Shown here: one piece after another, positions 24,770 to 33,871 of the stretch
Numbering within the stretch: position 1 is the first letter of the stretch
Layout of the letters: each line of letters opens with the position of its first letter
Assembly: GCA_027371715.1 (NCBI GenBank)
Contig: DAHXMM010000003.1
Location: 30,758 to 94,757, forward strand
DNA: 64,000 nt
Source of the DNA: Elusimicrobiota bacterium
GTDB lineage: Bacteria > Elusimicrobiota > Elusimicrobia > UBA1565 > UBA9628
Direction: 5' to 3'
Notes under the pieces: model-generated
Seen by the model: only the letters and a program-made list of their open reading frames with translations
Told to the model about the DNA's origin: nothing
Database searches by the model: none
Translations under genes and position numbers: made by a program

Positions 24770-24996
24770 CGAACTCGGCTAAAAATTTTACGCATCTCGA
24801 TCAAAAGCCGCAAATGCGGATCGGCAAGTAAAGAAGCGGCGTCATCAGAAATAACAAAAGTCTCCGGGCTCAAGGAACACGCCTCTTGATGAGCCTCGTC
24901 AAACCACCGAAAAGCTTCTTCCGGGCTCAGAGCGGAAAGAGCCTCTTCCCGCGCGCGTTTTTCAAACTCTCGCCATTTTCCCGGGTTCTTAAGCAT
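24766..24996 (-). CDS. small helical protein, putative partner (antitoxin-like) of the nucleotidyltransferase
   Basis: 76 aa. It starts 3 nt after the purQ stop and is translationally coupled (ATGA) to the next gene. Confidence 0.45.
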   Translation of the reverse strand: MLKNPGKWREFEKRAREEALSALSPEEAFRWFDEAHQEACSLSPETFVISDDAASLLADPHLRLLIEMRKIFSRVR

Positions 24997-24999
24997 AAC

Positions 25000-25776
25000 C
25001 TATCCCCTGCAATAATCTACCGCGTTTTTAAGAATCGCCATCCCAAAGGCTTGCTTTTGAAAGGTTTGCCTCGTCCAATTGGGGTGATGATGAATTTTAG
25101 TGTATCTTTCCGGGTGCGGCATCATTCCCAGACAATTTCCATCCGGGTTGGTCAAGGCCGCGATGTTAAAGACCGAACCGTTGGGGTTGGCCGGGTAAGG
25201 AGCAATTTTTCCATCATCGGAAACATATTGCATCGCAATCGAGCGATTGCGTTTTAAATCTTCCAATTGCTTAGGGCTTCTTAAAACCAGTTTTCCTTCT
25301 CCATGCGCGACCGGAAGTTCAATCATCTCCGGAAGACCCTTAAAAAATAAGGAGGGATTCTGGGTGTTAATCCTTAAATGAACCCAGCGGTCCTCAAAAC
25401 GCCCGGAATCGTTCGCGACAAAACTGGCGCTTTGTTCACAGGAAGGCGAAAATGGAAGTATTCCGGCTTTGACCAACACCTGAAAGCCGTTACAAATACC
25501 GATCACCGGACGCCCCATCCGAATAAAATTCTTAATATCAGCGATATGAATTTTGACCTGGGCCGCCAAAATTCTTCCCGCTGAAATCTCATCTCCATAA
25601 GAAAATCCGCCGGGAAGGATAAAGATATCGTAATCCAACAGCCGGACGCGCTTTTCTTTAAATAAGCGCAAGGAAACAATCTCGGGCTTGGCCCCCAATT
25701 CCGCGAAAGCGTTGGAGGTCTCAACGGCGCAATTAGTTCCCGGAGCGGACAAAATCAGGACTTTCGGCGATTTCAC
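25000..25776 (-). CDS. purQ: phosphoribosylformylglycinamidine synthase, glutaminase subunit
   Basis: Class-I GATase with GICNGFQ (nucleophile Cys) and MMPHPER. Confidence 0.9.
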   Translation of the reverse strand: MKSPKVLILSAPGTNCAVETSNAFAELGAKPEIVSLRLFKEKRVRLLDYDIFILPGGFSYGDEISAGRILAAQVKIHIADIKNFIRMGRPVIGICNGFQVLVKAGILPFSPSCEQSASFVANDSGRFEDRWVHLRINTQNPSLFFKGLPEMIELPVAHGEGKLVLRSPKQLEDLKRNRSIAMQYVSDDGKIAPYPANPNGSVFNIAALTNPDGNCLGMMPHPERYTKIHHHPNWTRQTFQKQAFGMAILKNAVDYCRG

Positions 25777-28199
25777 GACAACACCGTCCTCTGCCAGGCG
25801 GCTTTAAAAGGGGCCGTCGACTCTTCAAATAAAACTAAGCCGTCAAGGCCGATAATTTTGATGATCGGATTGGCGATACTTGAGCCCACACGCTTAACGC
25901 AAGAACCCTTGACACATTTGAGAAAAGCGGCTTCGTGTTCGGGTTTTACCTCAAGCAGGATACGACTAGGAGTTTCGGAAAACAACAAAACTTCAGCCGA
26001 ATAAATCGGTTTTTGCTTGGGAAGAGCGTCCAAATCAATCATCGCCCCAAATTCTCCCGAAAAAGCCATTTCGGCCACCGCCGTCAAAAGCCCGCCTTCC
26101 GACAAATCATGAGCGGAGGCAACCAAGCCCTTTGACATCGCCTGATAGACCGCGGCAAAATTTCTTCTCGCACACCGAGCATCTACGCGCGGAACCGCTC
26201 CGCCAGCAAGGCCGTTAATTTCATGATAAAGCGAGCCTCCCATGTCTTCCCCGGTCTGACCAACCAGATAAAGGGAATTTCCTGGTCCTTTCATATCCAT
26301 CGTGACGGCTTTTTCAATATTGGGAACCGGCGCAATGGCGGAAATTAAAAGAGTGCCGGGAATAGAAACCATTTTTCCGGAAGCGTCTTTTGACTCGTTA
26401 TAAAGACTGTCTTTTCCAGAAATAAAAGGAATTTGAAATCCCAAGGAAGCGTCACGGCACCCCATGGCGGCTTTGACCAAGGAACCAAGAACTTGCGGGT
26501 TTTCGGGATTCCCCCAACAGAAGTTGTCCAAGAAAGCGGCCCGGGAAATATCGGCGCCCACGCACAGAATATTGCGAAGGGCTTCATCCGCGCACAACCA
26601 CGCCATTTGATAAGGATCTAATTTCCCGGAAGCGGGGTTAAGCCCGTGACCCACGGCAAAACCGGATAAATCCGAAACGTCTTTGGTCGCGGCTTGCGGC
26701 CAGATGACCGAAGCGTCCCCGGGACCGTCGTGGCGAGTTCCCTGAAGAGGCTTAATCACGGTCCCCCCTTGGACTTCATGGTCGTATTGCCGAATCAGCC
26801 ATTCACGGCTACAAACATTGAGATGAGACAAAATGTTTTTGAGATTTTCCGCAAGAGATTTTTTCGGGAGAGCGCGAGACTCATTCCCTTTGGGCGGAAT
26901 ATAGACGGCCTTTTTTTCCTCGACAGGAATCCCGTTACTGATAAATTTAAGCGAAAGATTAATGAGCGGGCGGCCATTCCATAAAACCTCAATGCGACCG
27001 GTCTTAACAAATTCCCCGACCACTCGGCTTTCTACTCCTTCATCCGCAAAAACTTTTTCAAAGGCTTTTAAGTTCGACGGCGGAACGGCAAAAACCATCC
27101 GTTCCTGGGATTCTGAAACCCAAATTTCCCACGGCTCCATATCAGACGCCTTGAGGCTTTCTTTTTCCAGTTGAACGCGAGCGCCCACAATGTCGGCCAT
27201 TTCAGTGATGGCTGAGGAAAGGCCTCCCGCCCCGCAATCAGTGACGGAATGATAGAGCTTCTTATCCCGGGCATTGAGCAGAGCTTCCATCACGCGCTTC
27301 TCATTGAGGGGATGCCCGATTTGGACCGCCGTTGAGTGATCATCTCCGTTTAAATTAGCGGAAGAAAAAGTGGCCCCGTGAAGCCCGTCTTTTCCAGTCA
27401 GTCCGCCGGCAACCACGATTAAATCTCCCGGTCGAATTTCTTTTTTCACGGCCTTCGCCGGAAGAACTCCGACGCTCCCGACAAAAACCAAGGGGTTTAA
27501 AGCGTATCCCTCGTCAAAGTAAAGCCCTCCCGCCGCAGTCGGAATTCCCATTCGGTTGCCATAATCTCTAACCCCGGCGATAAGACCCCTCAAAATTCTT
27601 TCCGGAGAAAGCGCCTTGGGAGGCAAGGATAATTTCTTATCCGGAGGAGCGACGCAAAAAATATCCGTTGATAAAACGGGCTTGGCCCCCAGCCCCGCGG
27701 CTAAAACGTCTCGAATGACGCCCCCAAGACCGGTTTCGGCGCCGCCTTTGGGCTCGATCGCGCAGGGGTGGTTATGGGTCTCCACTTTAAAAGCTAAAGC
27801 CCACTGCCCTTTTTTCCCAAAACTGACAATCCCCGCGTTGTCTTTAAAAACAGATAAACACCAAGGCTTTTTTGTTTGGCGGGTCGCGCGCGCGATAGTC
27901 TCTTCAAAAAGATTTTTAATCAAAACGGTTTTGGAACCTTCTTGATAACGGATGGGAGATTTAAAGGTCTTATGCCGACAATGTTCCGACCAACTTTGGG
28001 CGACGGTCTCAATTTCCGCGCGCGTGGGATTTCGTTTTAGGGATCGGAAATAGGCTTGGACGGCGAGAATTTCCTTTTCATTTAAAGACCATAGATTTTG
28101 AGCGCTCAGATTCTTTAATTCCTTGATCCCCAGCGAATTGAAATCGGATAAGACCTGCACAGGAAGAGTTGGATTTTCTATTTTTTCGGTCATGAACAA
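25773..28199 (-). CDS. purL: phosphoribosylformylglycinamidine synthase subunit PurL
   Basis: WSEHCRHKTF, ETHNHP and duplicated AIR-synthase-like domains. It overlaps both purS and purQ. Confidence 0.9.
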   Translation of the reverse strand: MFMTEKIENPTLPVQVLSDFNSLGIKELKNLSAQNLWSLNEKEILAVQAYFRSLKRNPTRAEIETVAQSWSEHCRHKTFKSPIRYQEGSKTVLIKNLFEETIARATRQTKKPWCLSVFKDNAGIVSFGKKGQWALAFKVETHNHPCAIEPKGGAETGLGGVIRDVLAAGLGAKPVLSTDIFCVAPPDKKLSLPPKALSPERILRGLIAGVRDYGNRMGIPTAAGGLYFDEGYALNPLVFVGSVGVLPAKAVKKEIRPGDLIVVAGGLTGKDGLHGATFSSANLNGDDHSTAVQIGHPLNEKRVMEALLNARDKKLYHSVTDCGAGGLSSAITEMADIVGARVQLEKESLKASDMEPWEIWVSESQERMVFAVPPSNLKAFEKVFADEGVESRVVGEFVKTGRIEVLWNGRPLINLSLKFISNGIPVEEKKAVYIPPKGNESRALPKKSLAENLKNILSHLNVCSREWLIRQYDHEVQGGTVIKPLQGTRHDGPGDASVIWPQAATKDVSDLSGFAVGHGLNPASGKLDPYQMAWLCADEALRNILCVGADISRAAFLDNFCWGNPENPQVLGSLVKAAMGCRDASLGFQIPFISGKDSLYNESKDASGKMVSIPGTLLISAIAPVPNIEKAVTMDMKGPGNSLYLVGQTGEDMGGSLYHEINGLAGGAVPRVDARCARRNFAAVYQAMSKGLVASAHDLSEGGLLTAVAEMAFSGEFGAMIDLDALPKQKPIYSAEVLLFSETPSRILLEVKPEHEAAFLKCVKGSCVKRVGSSIANPIIKIIGLDGLVLFEESTAPFKAAWQRTVLS

Positions 28200-28669
28200 G
28201 CCGTAATTGAATAAAGATGGATGATGGGATTTAAAAGCGAGCGGACAGCGGAGGATTCAATCTGGGGTTTGCCGCATTTAGATTCAATTTTGTAAATGGA
28301 GGCAATTCGAATAAAATCCGGAGCTGGAAAGCCCATCTCAGTCATCGCATTTTTCATGGTATCGGCCTCCGGATCTAAAACCGTGGGTTTCAGTCTCACT
28401 TCCACCCTCCAAAAAGGCCCCTGGGTCGAGGGTGGCTGGGACAAAACCCGAAAATCCTCGGTAATCGGATCGCAAAGAAGATCCCGGCTCAAGCGATTAA
28501 TGTGGGCGGCGGTGAAACTGCCCCGAATTTCATAAAGACGGCTTTTGCGAACCTTAGACACCGTTGGCGCTCCGGAAGATTTTAAAACGACAGCCAGAGA
28601 CGAGGATTCCGCGTCTCCGTATTCCGATTTAAGCGAAACCTCTATTCTATGCGTCGAAGCCGCAATCAT
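28190..28669 (-). CDS. purS: tandem (double-domain) PurS
   Basis: Two PurS-like halves. The first is IEVSLKSEYGDAE...LLCDPITEDFRV. The second is VEVRLKPTVLDPEADTMKNAMTEMGF...LLNPIIHLYSI. Confidence 0.75.
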   Translation of the reverse strand: MIAASTHRIEVSLKSEYGDAESSSLAVVLKSSGAPTVSKVRKSRLYEIRGSFTAAHINRLSRDLLCDPITEDFRVLSQPPSTQGPFWRVEVRLKPTVLDPEADTMKNAMTEMGFPAPDFIRIASIYKIESKCGKPQIESSAVRSLLNPIIHLYSITACS

Positions 28670-28740
28670 TAGTCCCTCTCCTTATAAAATTTCAGGGACG
28701 GGACAATGCCGCCCTTATGGTTTATTGGAAGAGGCATTAG
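28667..28740 (-). other. conserved junction element, copy A (22-codon mini-ORF 28737..28669: MPLPINHKGGIVPSLKFYKERD)
   Basis: On the minus strand, TAATG joins the purC stop to the mini-ORF start, and TAATG joins the mini-ORF stop to the purS start. The core GGGCGGCATTGTCCC is shared with copies B and C. Confidence 0.55.
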
Positions 28741-29636
28741 GCTTTTAACATTTTTAAAAATTGAAGATATCGGCTGCGCGTCTGGTCAACAATTTCTTTT
28801 GGGAGAGCCGGGGGCGCCGAATTTTTATCCCAACCCGTCTGTTCCAAATAATCCCGCACGAACTGTTTGTCAAAACTCGCCGGAGAAAAACCCGGGCGAT
28901 AAGAAGCCGCATCCCAAAAACGGGAAGAATCCGGGGTGAGTATTTCGTCAATGAGGCGGAGTTCAGAACCGACAAACCCAAACTCCAGCTTCGTATCCGC
29001 CAAAATGATTCCGCGAAGACGGCAATAGGCAGCCGCAAACTCATAAATTTTGAGCGTCGCTTCTTTTAGCCTGACGGCAATATCCGCCCCCACAAGGGAT
29101 TTAAGCTTTTCAAAAGAAATATTTTGGTCATGGCCCGCATCGGCCTTGGTCGAGGGGGTGAAAAGAGGGCGCGGAAGTTGAGAAGCTTCAACGAGCCCTT
29201 CCGGCAAAAATTCACCGCAAACGGAACGTGATTTTTTATATTCCTTAAAACCCGTGCCGGCCAAATATCCCCGCGCAATACATTCGGCATCCACGCGCCG
29301 GGCTTTTTTAACCAACATCGTTCGTCCTTCCAAATCGTCCCAGGGAGCCCGAACCGAAGACGGCAATAGTCTCCGAATTTCCTTTATATCAGCCGTGATC
29401 AGGTGATTAGGAATGATTTTTTTGGTCAGGTCAAACCACAAAAGGCTGGCTTCCGTCAAAATTTTTCCTTTATCGGGAACCTCGGTCTCTAAAACCCAGT
29501 CGAAAGCCGACAGGCGATCGGTCGAAACAATCAAAAGATTGTCGCCTAAATCATAAACATCCCGAACTTTGCCCTTTCTCAAAAGGGGAATCCCCATTAC
29601 TTCTAATTCGAGAGCGCTCAAATTGTTCATTCCCAT
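28737..29636 (-). CDS. purC: phosphoribosylaminoimidazole-succinocarboxamide synthase
   Basis: GKVRDVYDLGD, STDRLSAFD and LADTKLEFG motifs. Confidence 0.9.
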   Translation of the reverse strand: MGMNNLSALELEVMGIPLLRKGKVRDVYDLGDNLLIVSTDRLSAFDWVLETEVPDKGKILTEASLLWFDLTKKIIPNHLITADIKEIRRLLPSSVRAPWDDLEGRTMLVKKARRVDAECIARGYLAGTGFKEYKKSRSVCGEFLPEGLVEASQLPRPLFTPSTKADAGHDQNISFEKLKSLVGADIAVRLKEATLKIYEFAAAYCRLRGIILADTKLEFGFVGSELRLIDEILTPDSSRFWDAASYRPGFSPASFDKQFVRDYLEQTGWDKNSAPPALPKEIVDQTRSRYLQFLKMLKA

Positions 29637-31201
29637 TCGATGGTGGCCGGAGGTTTTGAGGTGATGTCGTAAACCACCCGGTTAATCCCGCTCACTTCTC
29701 TGGTGATCCGGTCGGATACGCGGCGAAGCAGATTTTCCGGAAGGCGCGCCCATTCCGCGGTCATACCATCTACGCTCGTTACGGATCTGAGAACCACCGC
29801 ATTTTGATAGCTTCTTGAATCTCCCATCACCCCGACGGTTTTAACCGGCAAAAGTACCGACAAAGCCTGCCAAACCTGGGAATAATATCCCGCTTTTTTT
29901 AATTCGTCAATAAAAACAGCGTCGGCCTCACGGAGAATTTTAAGACGTTCTGCGGTTACTTCTCCAATAATCCGAACCGCAAGCCCCGGACCCGGAAAGG
30001 GGTGGGAGAGTAAAATATCATCTGGAATTTGAAGTTCCGCACCCAAACGCCGCACTTCGTCTTTAAAAAGAAAGCGCAAGGGTTCGATGAGTTTTAAACG
30101 CATTCTTTTGGGCAAACCGCCGACATTGTGATGGCTTTTGATGATGGAAGATGGCCCGCTGACGGGAACCGATTCAATTACATCCGGATAAAGAGTTCCC
30201 TGCGCCAAAAAGGTGGCTGATTTAATTTTCTGGGCTTCCTTTTCAAAAACATCAATAAAAGTTTTTCCGATGATTTTCCGCTTTTTTTCCGGGTCGCTGA
30301 CGCCTTTAAGGCGCCTTAAAAACAATTTCGAGGCGTCCACGATTTTGACATTGAGACCCAAGGATTGTCCTAAAACCCCTTCCACCCGCTCGCGATCCCC
30401 TGATCGCAAAAGACCGGTATCGACAAAAAATGCGTGCAATCTGGTTCCGACCGCCTTTCCAATCAAAACGGCGGCCACCGCGCTGTCGACGCCGCCGGAG
30501 ACCGCGCAAACAACGCTCGATTTTCCTACCTGGGCCTGAATTTGCGAAACAGCCTCTTTAAGAACATAGGAAATCGTCCAGCGGGATTTGATTCCGCAAA
30601 CACCGCGGACAAAATTCTCAAGGATTTTTTCCCCTTGGCTGGTGTGAGCGACCTCGGGATGAAATTGAAGCCCGTAAATTTTCTTTTTCTCATCGGCGAT
30701 TGCGGCCATTGGACAATCCTGGGTTTCAGCAATGACCCTAAATCCGTTGTCCAAGCGCTCGACACTGTCGCCATGGCTCATCCAGGCTCTAAAAAGACCG
30801 GAAACTCCATTAAAAATCGCGCTGGGCTCCAAGGCCCGAACCTCCGCCTCTCCGTATTCCCGGTTTTTTGAAGCCCGCACCTGGCCCCCGTGCTCGTGAA
30901 CCAGGAGTTGCATCCCATAGCAGATTCCCAAAATGGGAATTCCCAAGGAAAAAAGATCGACGGAAGTTTTCGGGGCATTTTTATCTAAAACCCCGGAAGG
31001 CCCGCCGGAAAGAATGATGCCCTTGGGACCGATCTCCGAAATTTTTTCCTTGGAAATGGAAAAAGGGACGATCTCGCTAAAAACCTCAAGTTCCCGCAAC
31101 CTACGGGCTAAGAGCTGGGTGTATTGGCTCCCAAAATCAAGAATCAGAATTTTCTCTTCCGGCCTCACCCCGGCGAGAATATCCGTATTCGAATTTTTCA
31201 T
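29627..31201 (-). CDS. guaA: GMP synthase (glutamine-hydrolysing)
   Basis: GATase GICYGMQ, PP-loop SGGVDS, and the C-terminal PPATIEWE. Confidence 0.9.
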   Translation of the reverse strand: MKNSNTDILAGVRPEEKILILDFGSQYTQLLARRLRELEVFSEIVPFSISKEKISEIGPKGIILSGGPSGVLDKNAPKTSVDLFSLGIPILGICYGMQLLVHEHGGQVRASKNREYGEAEVRALEPSAIFNGVSGLFRAWMSHGDSVERLDNGFRVIAETQDCPMAAIADEKKKIYGLQFHPEVAHTSQGEKILENFVRGVCGIKSRWTISYVLKEAVSQIQAQVGKSSVVCAVSGGVDSAVAAVLIGKAVGTRLHAFFVDTGLLRSGDRERVEGVLGQSLGLNVKIVDASKLFLRRLKGVSDPEKKRKIIGKTFIDVFEKEAQKIKSATFLAQGTLYPDVIESVPVSGPSSIIKSHHNVGGLPKRMRLKLIEPLRFLFKDEVRRLGAELQIPDDILLSHPFPGPGLAVRIIGEVTAERLKILREADAVFIDELKKAGYYSQVWQALSVLLPVKTVGVMGDSRSYQNAVVLRSVTSVDGMTAEWARLPENLLRRVSDRITREVSGINRVVYDITSKPPATIEWE

Positions 31202-32358
31202 TTGCCCATTCCAATTCTTTGAGTTCTCTGGAAAATTTTTCCCTCGGTTTTAATCGCCGGCGCGATGATGATTTCAGCGGCCTGCATTTCTCTAATATTA
31301 GAGGCCCCGATAGACCCCATACAGGTTCTAAGCGCCCCGACCAGATTTTGAGATCCGTCATCTAAACGGGAAGGACCATACAAAATCTCTTCCAGACTTC
31401 CGGTGACCCCCACCTGGATTCTCGTTCCGCGCGGAAGATTTTGATGAGGAGTCGCCATCCCCCAATGAAAACCTCGTCCCGGGGCTTCCTTGGAGCGAGC
31501 AAAGGCCGAACCCACCATCACTCCATCGGCCCCGCAAGCAATGGCTTTACAAATATCGCCCCCGGAAGACATTCCCCCATCGGTAATGATGGGGACGTAT
31601 TTGCCCGTCCTCTTATAATAATAATCCCGCGCCGCCGCGCAATCAACGGTCGCGGTCACCTGGGGAACGCCCAGACCCAGAACTCCCCGGGTCGTGCAAG
31701 CCGCCCCGGGCCCGACGCCAATGAGAAGCCCTGAAGCCCCGGCATCCATGAGTTCTGAAGCGACCGAATAAGTCACGCAATTTCCCACGATGACAGGGAT
31801 TTTCATTTTTTTACAAAAGGCCCCAATATCAAATGGCTTATATTTTTTTGCCTGGTGCCGGACCGTGGCCACGGTGGATTGAACGACAAACAAATCGCAT
31901 CCCGCTTCCTGAGCGATGGGGCCGAATGAATCCGCATTTTGAGGAATGGTCGAAACCGCGCAGGGAACTTTCCCGGCTTTAATTTCGGAAACCCGGCGCG
32001 CGATCAAATCTTTTTTAACGGGTTTTTGGTAAATTTCCTGAACCAAGGCCGTCGCCTCTTCGGGGCTGGCTTGAGCGATTTGATTTAAGACCTCGCCTGG
32101 ATGGTCATAGCGGGTGTTGACCCCGTCTAAATTAAGAACCCCCAATCCCCCTTGTTTTCCCATCGCAATGGCGAAAGAAACGTCTACGACTCCATCCATG
32201 GCGGAGGCCAGAAAAGGAATTTCTAGGTTGATGGGACCGAAGGAAAGTTTCGTGTCCACCTCATCCGGATTCAGCGTTAAATCTCCCGGAACCAAGGCGA
32301 TTTCGTCAAAACCATAAGCTCGCCGGGCTTGTCTATCTCGTCCAATAAAAAAAGACAT
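31198..32358 (-). CDS. IMP dehydrogenase family protein without CBS/Bateman insert (GuaB3-like)
   Basis: Start moved to MSFFIGRDRQARRAYGFDEIALVPG. A TIM barrel carries the IMPDH-like loop GVGPGAACTTRGVLGLGVPQ. There is no CBS pair. It overlaps guaA by 4 nt. Confidence 0.75.
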   Translation of the reverse strand: MSFFIGRDRQARRAYGFDEIALVPGDLTLNPDEVDTKLSFGPINLEIPFLASAMDGVVDVSFAIAMGKQGGLGVLNLDGVNTRYDHPGEVLNQIAQASPEEATALVQEIYQKPVKKDLIARRVSEIKAGKVPCAVSTIPQNADSFGPIAQEAGCDLFVVQSTVATVRHQAKKYKPFDIGAFCKKMKIPVIVGNCVTYSVASELMDAGASGLLIGVGPGAACTTRGVLGLGVPQVTATVDCAAARDYYYKRTGKYVPIITDGGMSSGGDICKAIACGADGVMVGSAFARSKEAPGRGFHWGMATPHQNLPRGTRIQVGVTGSLEEILYGPSRLDDGSQNLVGALRTCMGSIGASNIREMQAAEIIIAPAIKTEGKIFQRTQRIGMGK

Positions 32359-32445
32359 TGCCACCTCCCTTCGAGAGATATGATACAAAATACATGGACG
32401 CGCACAAATGGGTTTTGCTAGCATACTGAAAGGAGAGATTATTTC

Positions 32446-33330
32446 ATGAACCGTCTTGGCGGATTTCTAACTACCTTAGCCTTATCCGTAACTTTGATTT
32501 TTTCCGTCTCTGGTTGCGGGACGCTCATTGACCCGGGACACGAAGGGCTTCGCCAATTAGTTTTTCGCGAGCATTCTCTTCAGAAAGAACCGCTGACCGA
32601 CGGATTCTACTGGCATTTCCCCTGGAACAATATTTTTGTCTATAAAACTACCTGGCAAAGCCGGACCGAAGAAGTGCACGTTCTGACGGAAGAAGCTCTT
32701 CATATTTTCGTTCGCGTCACCGTCACTTATCGCCCGAAAGCGAGTCAACTCTACGAATTGGCGCAAACCATCGGCCCCCATTACTACAGCCAGGTCATCC
32801 GCCCGCCGTTTGTGACGATTACCAGAACGGAGTTCGCCTGGCACAAACACAACCGCTTGGGGCAAGATTCTCCGATTATCGAAAGCGACATTTTGAAAAA
32901 ATTGAAAGCGGCTTTGGCCGATATGCCGCTAGTCATCGCCCGCGTCTCCATTGATCACATTCAATACGACCGACAAGTGACCGACGCGATATCGGATAAA
33001 ATCGCGACTCACCAAAAAGCGGAGCAGAAAGTTTACGAGGAAGACATCGCAAAAGAAAACGCCGACATCGCCCGCACCAACGCCCAAGGCCAAGCCGACG
33101 CCGAGGATATTCAGGCTTCCGGAGACGCCAAGGCGATTTTAGTCAAAGCCCAGGCGAAAGCCAAGGCTCAAATGGAGATTTCAAAGACTCTGACCCGGCA
33201 ATACATTCAGCTCAAGGCCTTCGACAACCCCGCGACGCGCTATTACTTTGTTCCCACCGGAAAAGACGGACTTCCCCTCATCATCAACACGGGATCCTCT
33301 AATCCCAACTTTAATTCCATAACCAAATAA
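32446..33330 (+). CDS. SPFH/Band-7 (prohibitin-like) lipoprotein
   Basis: Lipobox-like LIFSVSGC, an SPFH body, and a C-terminal Ala/Lys/Gln-rich coiled coil. Confidence 0.75.
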   Translation: MNRLGGFLTTLALSVTLIFSVSGCGTLIDPGHEGLRQLVFREHSLQKEPLTDGFYWHFPWNNIFVYKTTWQSRTEEVHVLTEEALHIFVRVTVTYRPKASQLYELAQTIGPHYYSQVIRPPFVTITRTEFAWHKHNRLGQDSPIIESDILKKLKAALADMPLVIARVSIDHIQYDRQVTDAISDKIATHQKAEQKVYEEDIAKENADIARTNAQGQADAEDIQASGDAKAILVKAQAKAKAQMEISKTLTRQYIQLKAFDNPATRYYFVPTGKDGLPLIINTGSSNPNFNSITK

Positions 33331-33338
33331 CGCGCCGC

Positions 33339-33668
33339 ATGAAAACCATCCTTCTTTTGACTTGCTCAAATATTTTCATGACCTTCGCTTGGTACGGGCA
33401 TTTGCGCTACCGGCAGGTTCCGCTGTGGGAAGTCATTCTAATTAGCTGGGGCATCGCTTTTTTTGAATATTGTTTTCAAGTTCCGGCCAACCGCATCGGT
33501 TACGGCGAGTTTTCGGTTGTTCAGCTTAAAACCATCCAGGAAATCATCACCCTAACCGTGTTCGTGGTCTTTGCCACGTTCTATTTAGGCGAAAAACTCA
33601 GATGGAATCATTTTGTCGGATTTTCTTTCCTTATTTTAGCCGCATTTTTCATTTTCCAACATCAGTAA
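33339..33668 (+). CDS. small DMT-superfamily membrane protein (DUF486-like)
   Basis: 109 aa with 4 TM segments. NIFMTFAWYGHLR is typical of this family. Confidence 0.65.
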   Translation: MKTILLLTCSNIFMTFAWYGHLRYRQVPLWEVILISWGIAFFEYCFQVPANRIGYGEFSVVQLKTIQEIITLTVFVVFATFYLGEKLRWNHFVGFSFLILAAFFIFQHQ

Positions 33669-33681
33669 ACCTGCCGATGAG

Positions 33682-33702
33682 CATCGTCGGTAGTGATATA
33701 AT
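33682..33702 (+). repeat. 21-nt direct repeat, left copy (CATCGTCGGTAGTGATATAAT)
   Basis: 18/21 identical to 35762-35782. It ends in TGaTATAAT, an extended -10-like sequence. Confidence 0.5.
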
Positions 33703-33871
33703 CTCAAGAGAGATGCGGGCGGAATTAGTGGAAAGTAGGATTTCTCTTTTCACGATCCCCTCAGTCGCGAGGCCATCAAGGGGCTTCCCTTGTTCTCCGA
33801 TTTAGGCGACGACGTTTTCATTCCCGAGCCGGAAAAAGATTTTCCGCCCAGGCATTTTTTGGAGATCGCCA

